Shown here: piece after piece, positions 38,925-49,487 of the stretch
Numbering within the stretch: position 1 is the first letter of the stretch
Layout of the letters: each line of letters starts with the position of its first letter
NCBI RefSeq assembly: GCF_963921235.1
Contig: NC_086097.1
Span: 175,648,001-175,712,000, forward strand
Origin: Mobula hypostoma
Lineage: Eukaryota
Direction: 5' to 3'
Length of the DNA: 64,000 nt
Notes under the pieces: generated by a model
What the model was told of the DNA's origin: nothing
What the model saw: the letters and a program-made list of their open reading frames with translations, nothing else
Databases searched by the model: none
Position numbers and translations under genes: made by a program

Positions 38925-39511
38925 AATTTTGTAAAATGGTGACAATTTCATTGGATGTCTTGCTTGCTGGTTTTTCAAATGTTACTAAATTGTGTAAAAG
39001 ACTGTACTTCTTTAAGCTAAGAAATGTGGATACTTTCTTTTCCTCGTCCATGTTGTTTTTGAGTCAATACAGTTCAACTGTCTTGAGATACGATTCCAAT
39101 CCTCATCAACACTATCAAATTCATCAACTTTCCCGAGCAAGGCCATTGCCACGTTATTTTCACTTTAACTTTGCTAGTTGTGTATCTTTCACTGTGTATC
39201 ATGCAGTTACTCAGGCATCCCTTCATGACGGCCTCTTCATACTGTTTAACTCTTTCCTCTCACTGTGACGTCCCACAACTGTTGGTGCAGTTGGTGATAC
39301 TCTTTAACATTCAGGTTCATACTCGATGCCAATTTGTTGTGTCTGTGCAGCAACATATCAATTAAATAAAAGCACCCATGCAGAAGATGGCTTTAACTGG
39401 TGTATTCACGTTACAGTGAGAGGGCAGATCAATGCACATAGGTAAGTAATCAGTCCATACATAGCGCTAAATTTACTCATTACTCGAAAGTAAATAGATC
39501 CATATCGTACA
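38925..39511 (-). mobile_element. Gypsy 5' LTR (39335-39511), PBS and gag start; related to the 24748 element
   Basis: Minus-strand LTR end gcacagacacaaca-aattggcatcgagta resembles 24912-24941; the gag piece resembles 25270-25318. Confidence 0.75.
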
Positions 39512-40191
39512 GGTAGAGAAATTGCAGATGGAGTTTAACCCAGTCAAATGTGAAGAGTTGCATCCTGGTAGGTTAAATGTAAAGAGACAGTACACAGTTA
39601 AGCACATGACCCTTAACAGTGTTGAGGAGCAGAGGGATCTTGGGATCCAGGGTTCATAGCTCCTTGTGTCTACACAGGTTGACAGGGTGGTTTAGAAGGC
39701 ACATGGCATGCTTGAAGAGACTGTACACTGTTAAGGGCAAGACCCTTAGCTAACCATATAGTCAAAGTAAGGATTATAAAGCTTAATCGTTTAATCGCAT
39801 ATCGTGTACTGTTTGTTATTTCAGGGTACTGATTTGTAACAGGGGACACATCGCGCAGCATCCACCCAAAGGAGATTTCTTAAGTTTGGCCAGGCTGGGG
39901 GCTATCACCCCCTATATTAAGCCGCTAGCCGAAACGAGGGTTGCACCGTATGCCGCCTGGATTATAGGGCATGTGCTATAACATGTTGTTGGACAAACTT
40001 GGGTTGTTTTTTCTGGAGTGCTAGGAGTTGAGGGGAGATCTGACTAGTGTTCATGAGATTAGAAGAGGCATAGACAGCGTAGATGGGCAGTATCTTTTCC
40101 CCAGGGTTGAAAAGCCTGCTACCAGGCCGCATGCATTTAAGTTGAGAGGGGGTAGGTTCAAAAGAGATGCAAGGATGTGGTGGGTGCCTGG

Positions 40192-40400
40192 AATCTGCCG
40201 CCCGTGGTCCTGTTGTACATACTATTTATTACAAATTACTATAAATCTGCCGCCCGTGGTCCTGTTGTACATACTATTTATTACAAATTACTATAAATCT
40301 GCCGCCCGTGGTCCTGTTGTACATACTATTTATTACAAATTACTATAAATCTGCCGCCCGTGGTCCTGTTGTACATACTGTTTATTACAAATTACTATAA
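40192..40400 (+). repeat. 52-bp tandem repeat x4
   Basis: Unit AATCTGCCGCCCGTGGTCCTGTTGTACATACTATTTATTACAAATTACTATA starts at 40192, 40244, 40296 and 40348; one substitution in copy 4. Confidence 0.97.
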
Positions 40401-41339
40401 ATTGCACATTGAAACAGAAACTTAACATAAAGATTGTTATTTCTCATGTATGTGAAAGATAAAAGTAATAAAGTCAATTCAATGGTCGAGGCAGATACAT
40501 TAGGGATATTCAGAAATGTTAGGAGGGCACATAAATGTGAGGAAATTGAAAGGATGTGGACATTGTGTAGGCAGAAGGGATTATTTTAGTTGGCCATTTG
40601 GTTCAGCACAATACTGTGGTCTGAAGGTTTGTTCCTGTGCTGTACTGTTCGATGTTTTATGTTTTAGCTTACTGTTTCAACAAAATCCTAATTTTGGCTT
40701 TTGTAGTTGCCGGTGCCACTGGAGTGAAAATGAATGATTTATACTTCTGTTCCCTCCCAGTTAATTTTTCCTTTCTCTCTTGGACTTTGCAGCATTCTTA
40801 ACAGAAACTTTCTGGGTTGCTGCCAGTGATGAACTCCAACACATTAAAGGTTGATTGTTAATATCACTTCTCGAATTATATGCAAACACTGTCGCTATTC
40901 GATATCCCTCTTTGACAGCCTTCTTCCTGGCAGGAACTCAGTCCATGTGAATCTTTGACAGAAAGCTGGAACCTGGCACTAAGTCTCATCTGAAATATTT
41001 ATTATCCCTTCCATCACTCCGATTTTATTCTCTCTACCTCCTTCAATCAAGCTGATAGACACAGTATATCCTGACCTTTTTTTTTAAACCATCTTTAATA
41101 AACCCAAAAACAGGCAAATAAAATATTGATGGAGATATCAGAGTTATTCTGGTGTCTTCCCCCCTCCTTTCCAGTCCTGAAGGAGAGTTTCGGCCCGAAA
41201 TGTTGACTGCTTATTCATTTCCTGACCTGCTGAGTTCTGCCAGGACTGTGTGCATGTTGCTTTGGACTTCCAGCATCTACAGACTTTCTCCTGTTTTAAG
41301 AGTTATTCTTTTATATTTTAATTTTAAGCTGGAACAACA

Positions 41340-42060
41340 CCAAGTGAAAACAACAGGTTTTAGGCCTTTACCTTGGTCTTGATATAAAACACTGCCTAAC
41401 CTTTCGCGGTTAGTGTCTGTGTGCAAAACATCCAGCAAATGGAGGTTTGCCAAGACAAGCATGGGTGCTTTAGTCAGCAACTCTAAGTGTTTGAAATACC
41501 TCTTCACGCTTTTGCATTCCATCTTTCCCTGAGAGAAAGAAAGGTAAAGATAAGCCTTGGCTTTCGCTCTTTCTTCTCTAAGGGAAGATAACCACACAGC
41601 AGTTGATTCAAAGGGTGACTCATGCTGGAGTAGTTCTTCACAAATCTCCTGTAGTATCCACAGAATCCAAGGAATGAGTGCAGAGCACTTACTTGACTAT
41701 CTTAGACAGATCTCTATCCACTCTATTCTGGAAGACTATGTGTCCTACATAGTTGACCAACATTTTACACAACTGGCACTTGTCCAGTGACGTTTTTAAA
41801 CCTTCAGGTTTCAGGCAGTCCAATACCTTCAATAGTCTCATCTCCTACTCCTTCACCCAAACACTTATGAGATCTTCCAAGTAAACAAGTACTTCACACA
41901 GGTTCACATCTCCAACAGTCTGCTCCATGATATGCCGGAAAGGAGCCAGTCTCCTGATAGGCCCCGAGGCATCCTTTCAAACTGAAAAAAAATCTAAGAG
42001 GATGAATCTTTATCAGATTCACTCCTTGGTATTCAGTAATACCCACTTCTTAGATCCAAC
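41340..42060 (-). mobile_element. Old Gypsy pol (RT/RNase H) fragment
   Basis: LTKAPMLVLA...LHTDT..LGSVLYQDQ..LKPV RNase H-like motif. Confidence 0.65.
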
Positions 42061-42380
42061 ATACTGTGGCGAGCATTTGGTCCATAATGACAGATGAGGA
42101 ATCTTTTTAACCCAACAACCGTTTTATTGTGATAAACACAAAACAGACCGGGCACCATGACCCGGAGAGTAAACCCAACCAGTCTCACACCGACGGGGGA
42201 GGTGACCATCACACACCCTGGTTACAATTAGGGTGATCCACTAATACACAAACAAATAACTGTATAACCCAAGCTAAAATGTAACAATAAATGAACTGGA
42301 ACTTCCCACCATAATCCCACAAAAGCACTTTAACACAAGAACAATAAACAGTACTGGTCATTAGAAATGCAGGAGCGCAC

Positions 42381-45300
42381 AGTAATAACACGGTTGATAC
42401 ATAGTGATCAGGTGGGATTTATCAGGGGCCGCCGCTCATCTGATAACATAAGGTGTCTTGTGAATATCATGTGGTTGGTGGCCGATAATCAGTCACCTAT
42501 AGCAGCTATCTCACTCGATGCTGAAAAAGCATTTGATTGAGTGGAATGGGGCTATCTGTTTAAGATTCTTCAATTTTTTTGGATTTGGACCCATCTTTTT
42601 AAAATGGATTTAACTGTCATATAATAACCATGAAGCAGTGGTTCAAACTAGTGGTTACATTTCACCTTCCTTCTCTCTTAGAAGGGGTACCCAACAGGGT
42701 TCCCCACTTTCTCCAATGTTGTTCTGTCTAGCTTTGGAGCCTCTAGCAGCAGCTATCAGAGAGAATGAGAACTTTATAGGGATATATGTGGGAGGACAGG
42801 CTCATAAACTGATGCTTTATGCAGATGATATTTTATTATTTGTGTCGGACCCTCGTCGATTGGTGCCATGTCTTTTTAACATTATAAAGTTTTATTCTAG
42901 ATTCTCAGGTTATGAAGTTAATTGGACAAAATTGGAAGCTCTACCGTTGACTGCATATTGCCCTGCATCTGCATTTTACCCAGGCCAATTTCACTGGCCA
43001 AAGAAGGGTATACGATATTTTGGTATTAATTTTCTCCCTCAGCTGAAGGATTTAGTAAAGGTAAATTTTGATCCATTATTGCAGAGAATTTCATGTGATG
43101 TAGAGAGATGGTCATCATTGTATTTGTCAAAGTCAGGAAAAGAAAATGCCTTGAAGATGAATAGCATTCATCGCTTAAACTTTAACAAATTACTATTGCC
43201 AGTTGAAAGGAGGGGCTTAGGTTTGCCAAAGTTAACATACTATTACTATGCCTTTAACCTTAAACATTTAGCACATTGGTCTTTCCCTCCAGAGAGAGCA
43301 CCTCCTTGCAGGGCCGGATTAACCTAGTAGCAAAAGTAGCATATGCTATGGGCCCCGCCCGCACTAAATGCTTGCAAACTGCAGTCTGCTGAAATCGGCA
43401 TCTCACTGTATTCCCACGACTGTTAGAGTGAGTTTTGGGTAGACGATTCACTTACAGTTAAATAAATGACTTCAGCCATCAGTCTTCTGTTCTTAGACAA
43501 AGTACTGTGGATTGAGTTCATAACAATGCATTTCCTAAAAGCTGTGAACCCAGTTTCATTTGTAACAATGCATCTCTGGCACCTCTGAGGCAAGAATGTG
43601 AAGTTTACAGGTAGTTGCGAAGACACCATATCTGTGATTTTTGAATATGAATTGTCCTCTATGTTAGCACGTAACATACCAAATAATGTATTATGGATTT
43701 TAACTTGCATTCCTAAAGGCCATGAATGCCAGCTTAGGCATACTGGCGCCGGGAGAATGAATTTAATCATAAGATGTGAAAACTTCAAAGAATTGTCTAT
43801 ACTTGTAACTATGAACTGTCCTTTGTGTTTAGCAAATAAATATCGAGCCTCAATCACAAGACAGTTAGACCTGTTCTGCCAGGGGCCTCTGCCTGCTGTA
43901 ACCTTGTTTTGTCGAATAAAGAAACTGCCTTGTACCTACTGGTAACGCAACGCTCTGTGATTTCATCCACGCCACAACAATGACGATCTGGCAATGCTGT
44001 TGTTTTCATGTGGGGGGAGCTGCATGCTGCATGGTACAGTATGTGCGTGCAGGCGGTTGTTGGCTCCTTGCTGTGTCGTGGTATAAATGCTCATGCAAAC
44101 CAAGGAAGGGGACATAAATCATACCCATCTAAAACAACGTGAGGAATTAATCAATTTGATTGGATCCAGCATACTGGATCCCATTATCGGTGAAGTGAAG
44201 AAATACAAGTATTATTCTGTTTCATTGGATTCTGCTCCAGATATATCTAATGTGGACCAGCTGACTTTGACTGTGCTCTATGTTTTGCCGTCTGGACCAG
44301 TTGAAAGATTTGTGAAGTTTTTGGATATGGAAGGTCATAGTGCTGAACAGCTCGCTCAAAGTTGACTTGACTTTTTAAAGGAAAATGACATTGATATAAA
44401 AGATTGCCATGGTCAAAGTTATGACAATGCCAGCAACATGAGTGGCAAGTATAGTGGCTTACAAGCACGAGTTAAAGAGCTGAATCAGTTTGCGGTTTAC
44501 ATTCCATGTTTTGCACATTCACTAAATTTGGTTGGAAAATGTGCTGCTGAATGTTGTCAAGAAGCATTAGTTTTCTTTCAATTTGTAGAAAGCCTGTACA
44601 CATTTCTTCTGCTTCTACTTATCGGTGGAATCTCCTTTCTGCTGCATTATCTGATGGTGGTGCTCATTTGCCCATTGTGAAAAGAATGTCAGATACCAGG
44701 TGATCAGCACGTGCAGATGCAACAAAAGCACTTTTACGCAGCTTTTCTGCAATAAAACAAGTCTTGGATGACATTTCAAATAACAATGATCAGAAGGCAA
44801 AGTGTCGACAACAGGCTCGAGGACTACTTTCAACCATGGTGAAGTTGGAAACAGAAATAATGGTCATATTGTGGGATCAAGTATTACAGCGTTTTCAAAT
44901 GACCAGTGCTTCTTCTCAATCTTCTGGCCAAGACTTGAACACAGCTTGTGCACTCTATGAATCCTTGCATGGATATATTCAAGCTATGTGGTCTACTTTT
45001 TCAGACATTGAGCAAAAAGCCAAGGATCTGACCAAGTGTGAAGATTATCAACAGCAAACTCGAAGAAAACACAAGCAAAATTACGTGTGTGATGATTTCA
45101 GTGGTTCCAGCACTCTTGATCCACTTATTGAATCTCAAACACCTTCTCAGAAGTTTAAAAGCGGAACATTTCTTGCCATTATTGACAGCTTGCTTTCTGC
45201 CCTGTCAAAAAGGCAGAAAGCTTATCTAAAGGTGATGGTGTTTTTGGATTCCTTCATCAGTTACAGTCATTTACACCTGAAGAGATCGTAAAGAGGTAAT

Positions 45301-47200
45301 CAAATCTCATTAAATCATATCTGGAAGATCTGGAAGAAAGTCTTAATGAAGAATTTGTGCAGTTTACTGAACTGTTGAAAACTGATCTCACTTCTCATAT
45401 TGGCGCCAAACAAGACCTTGTAGAGTCACAGTTGTACCGTTTGATAACTGACAATTCTTTGCAGTCATGTTTTCCAAATGTAGAAAATGCCTTGCACATC
45501 TATTTGTCACTCATGGTTACCAACTGCAGTGGAGAAAGCTCATTTTCAAAACTGAAAAGGATTAAAAATGAACTAAGGAGCACCATGCGTCAAAACAGAT
45601 TGAACAATCTCACTCTAATGAGCATTGAACATGAACTTCAGCGTGAAATAGACATTTCTAGTATCATCAACAAATTTGCTCATGCTAAATCTAGAAAATC
45701 TAACTTTTAAATTGTAGTTTTGTTACTTTTGACATTTGAAATTGATACCTACATGTAAGTAATTCTATTACTGAAGTGTTAGACATTTGTCATATTATCT
45801 GGCTGTATAGCAAATGAAAAAATTGAATTACTTTACTATGCAAGTAAATAATTTATGTTTTAATACTTATGTGCATTTTTAAAAATCAAGGGCTCCTTTA
45901 TAACATATGCTACAGGCCCCACACTAGCTTAATCCGGCCCTGCCTCCTTGGTATCGTATTGAGTGCTCTGCTCTTCCTCCCACCCCTCCATTACAATGTT
46001 TGTCTATCAAGTTACCTCCTGAGGCAAGGCCTCACCCAATTATATCGCATATGCATTTGTTTTGGAATAAGACAGCTAGATTATTTAAATTTAATCCATA
46101 TTTGAATGAAGCCTCGAGTATCTGGATGAATCCAAAGTTGTGTATTGATAAGTCCCCTTTCTTCTGGAGGGAAAGGCAAGGGAAAGGTATAATTAAATTG
46201 GGAGATTAATTAAATCTTTTAATCAATTAACCCAACCGTACGATATCTCTAGGTCTCAATTTTGGAGATATCTTCAACTGCGTCATTTGCTACATACAAC
46301 TTTTGGTTCTACACAACAACCCCCACAAGTTGCTACAATACTGTCTACTGTACTGGCTGCGTATGGCAAAGGTCACGAAGCCTCAACTTATCATTCAGCT
46401 TTAACACACATCTCCAGGGACAAATTTCTGTTGGGAAAAAGACCCGAGAGGGACAAGATTTTCAAAAATGTCGAAACAACGTCAAGAGACCTGAGGGTGT
46501 GCCTTATTCAGTTTAAGATTCTACATGGTTTTTAATCGGACTCCAGCAAGGTTACACAGATTAGGGTTGAAAGACACCCCTGAATGTTGGCACTGTGAGG
46601 CGGATAAAGGGGACTTTGTACATGCGCTCTGGTCCTGTCCCAGAATTCAAGAATTTTGGATTATAATACATAAGTATATTGGTGAAGTTTAGGGTATTCA
46701 ACTCCCTTTCTGCCCCAGGCTTTTTGTCTTGGGAGACACACTTGAGTTACTTGGGGATAAACACACTCAAAATTGGATCCAGACAATTATAATGGCAGGA
46801 AGACAAATTATACTTAGAGGCTGGAGGAACTTGGGGGGACCATCATTTCAGGAGTGGGTCACAGAAATAGCCAAAGTGGCAGCTTTTGAACGCATGTCTT
46901 ACAAACAGTTTGATAGATTGGACATCTATACACAAAGATGGGGCAAATATTTAGGTTTCCTGGGGGGGAGATAGTGGTGAATGTGTGGTGAAGCATATTG
47001 CTGAATGGGAGTCTTTTATGTTATTAGAGGTCTAAATAGACACTCATGGTTATTATATTGATATTTATTTCTGCCATGTTTGTTTTGTATTTTATGGATA
47101 ATCTGATGTTTTGTAATCTATGATTTACATAATTTCAACACTGACTCAAGGGTTCGGGGAAAAATTTGTTACAGAATTCAATAAAATTTAAGTCATAAAA
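42381..47200 (+). mobile_element. 5'-truncated degenerate L1 (third family), split by a hAT element
   Basis: LIHSDQVGFI, DAEKAF, RGTQQGSPLSP, LYADD, ERAPP|WYRIE across the hAT, C-terminal RWGKY, AATAAA at ~47180. Confidence 0.9.
43309..45942 (+). mobile_element. hAT DNA transposon (Tip100/ZMYM1-like transposase), defective, 8-bp TSD
   Basis: CCTCCTTG at 43301-43308 and 45943-45950; TIR CAGGGCCGGATTAA(C/G)CTAGT. Transposase remnants 44085-45710: YYSVSLDSAPD, GQSYDNASNMSG, IPCFAHSLNLV, NCSGESSFSKLKRIKNELRSTM. Confidence 0.96.
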
Positions 47201-48528
47201 GGGAATGCAGGGCGGGCTGTCGACCACACCCCCCCCCCCAGAGCATCACACTGCCCCCACCCAATGGGTGAGCTGTCCCTGGCAATCCCAGAGTCCATAG
47301 CAAAGTCCAAAAATTCCGGTGGGTGTCAACATTGCCGCCTGTTGGTGTGAGGCAAGAGGCAGGACACCCAGAGTGTCACTTCCTTCCTTCAGCCTCGCTG
47401 GGTTAGTGGTGGCCAAGGGCTGACACGGTGCGAGCCGGTCCCAGTGCAGCACGACTACCTACCGCCACTCAGGCATCCTGATATACCATATCAGAAATGT
47501 GGTCGAGCACCTCTCCCTGCCCCTTCCAGTGGCTTCCAAGACTGGCGAATAGAACCTTCTTCCGGGAGGGGCAGTAGACCCATACTGGGGCCCCCACCAT
47601 GTACTGCTGCATAGCCCCCTTCTGGGATTTGCAAGCATTGCAGCTGTGCACAAACAGCTCCACATCCTGCCTGTACCCAGGCCAATAGAAGCGTTCACGC
47701 CGCCTGCCCAACGTCTTTGCAACTCCGAGATAGCCAGCCCCCACCAGCCCGTGTACCGACCGCAGCACTGTGGCGCGGAGCCCCCGGGGGACCACCGACT
47801 GCAAGAGTCTGTCACCATCGGACAACTACCACCTCCTGAACAGCAACCCGTCCTGGACCTCCAGCGTTCCCCACTGCGAGTACAGGGCCTTGGTCTCTGG
47901 GTCCAAGGCAGAGACCTCTGCCCATTCGGGCTGTCATCCCACAATCAATCATCCCCTCGCCCGGGCCAGCACAGAATCGCTCACCTGTTTGCTGCACAGC
48001 GGCTCGTGGTCCACCGTGGGGAGGTTGTCACCAGCTGTCACCTGAAACGCCATCACTGTCACTTGCCCGTGGTTCAGCTGTGTTGTGCTGCACTGCCGCA
48101 GGCCACTATGAAACGGCAATGGTTGCTGCCCCCGGTGGGACTGCTTCCTGGAGCTGCCCTGCCTGAGAGCCACGGCTTCGACACTGAGGTAGAGCGTTGC
48201 CCGCGACACATCCATGTGGGCCCCACATCGGCACTGCAGGTCCAAGCCAATGATGCAGGATTCTCGGATATTGGCAAGCCACACCTCGTGCTCCACTCCA
48301 TCTTATGCCACTGCAATGTGCAGCCTCCTCCCGCCTCGCGTCGCTGCAGTCGCTGGTGACCGTAGCCAACTGTAGCTCCACTCTCAAGCAGTTTCTCTCA
48401 AACTGTTGAATGCCCCTTTGTGGCACAAACAATGCAGCAGCTTATCTAACCTGGAAAGGTAGGCAGACCCCTTCTCTCCTTCCTCTTGGAATGTGTCCGA
48501 ACTTCACCATACGATCAGCTGAACTTCC

Positions 48529-49487
48529 AGTCACAACACGCTGGAGGAACTCAGCAGGTCGGGCAGCATCCGTGGAAACAATTAGTCAACATTTCGGGCC
48601 GGAACCCTTTGTCAGGACTGTAGGGGGAAGGGGCAGAGGCCCTATAAAGAAGGTGGGGGGAGGGTGGGAAGGAGAAGGCTGGTAGGTTCCAGGTGAAAAA
48701 CCAGTAAGGGGAAAAGATAAGGGGGTGGGGGAAGGGATACGCAGGAAAGGGGAAGAAGGAATAGGGGAAAACACAATGGGTAGTAGAAGGAGGCGGAACC
48801 ATGAGGGAGGTGGTAGGCAGCTGGGGGAGGGGGCAGAGTGAAACTGGGATAGAGGAAGGGAGGGGTAGGGAATTACCGGAAGTTGGAGAATTCTATGTTC
48901 ATACCAAGGGGCTGGAGACTACCCAGATGGTATATGAGGTGTTGCTCCTCCAACCTGAGTTTAGCCTCATCATGGCAGTAGAGGAGGCCATGTATGGACA
49001 ATTCTGAATGGGAGTGGGAAGCAGAGTTGAAGTGGGTGGCTACTGGGAGATCCTGTCTGTTTTGGCGGATGGAGCAGAGGTGCTTGATGAAGCGGTCCCC
49101 CAATCTGTGTCAGGTTTCACCAATGTAGAGGAGGCCGCACCGGGAGTACCGGATGCAATAGATGACCCCAACTGACTCACAAGTGAAGTGTTGCCTCACC
49201 TGGAAGGACTGTTTGGGGCCCTGAATGGTGGTAAGAGAGGAGGTGTAGGGACAGGTGTAGCACTTATCTTACAGGGATAAGTGCCAGGTGGAAGATCTGT
49301 GGGGAGGGACGTGTGGACCAGGGAGTCGCAGAGGGAACAATCCCTGCGGAAGGTGGAGAGGGGCGGAGAGGGAAAGATGTGCTTAGTGGTGGCGTCCTGT
49401 TGAAGGTGGTGGAAGTTGCAGAGGATAATGTGCCGGATCCGGAGGCTGGTAGGGTGGTAGGTGAGGACAAGGGGAACTCTGTCCCGG
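48529..49487 (-). mobile_element. Penelope-like element 3' part (GIY-YIG endonuclease)
   Basis: GDRF..HL..PVATHFNSASHSHS..LEEQHLIYHLGSLQPLGMNIEFS; terminal ccgaaatgttgac..gctgcccgacctgctgagttcctccagc, with shorter copies near 41160-41290 and 49815-49858. Confidence 0.88.

Larger units (their letters stand above)
42065..48420 (-). mobile_element. Deleted Gypsy element: 3' LTR (47228 down to 42065, split by L1), G-run PPT, protease and integrase remnants
   Basis: Minus-strand LTR TGTGGTCG...CGCCACA; C11 at 47229-47239; HHCC-like H..GAGYLG..TL..RERFYWPG..V..C..C; HWDRLAP; CIIGLDL. Confidence 0.75.

Noticed and set aside
40192..40400. CRISPR-like array
   Set aside because: The units are contiguous with no unique spacers, there are no cas genes, and the context is vertebrate; it is a tandem repeat.
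44087..45710. Host ZMYM1-like or domesticated transposase gene
   Set aside because: It has multiple stops and frameshifts, lies within TIRs and an 8-bp TSD, and is inserted in an L1; it is a dead hAT copy.
47459..48359. Several overlapping 100-237 aa ORFs as novel genes
   Set aside because: They are alternative or antisense frames of a GC-rich decayed Gypsy interior.
48873..49103. Stand-alone homing endonuclease
   Set aside because: It is the GIY-YIG C-terminus of a truncated Penelope element with its typical terminal sequence.
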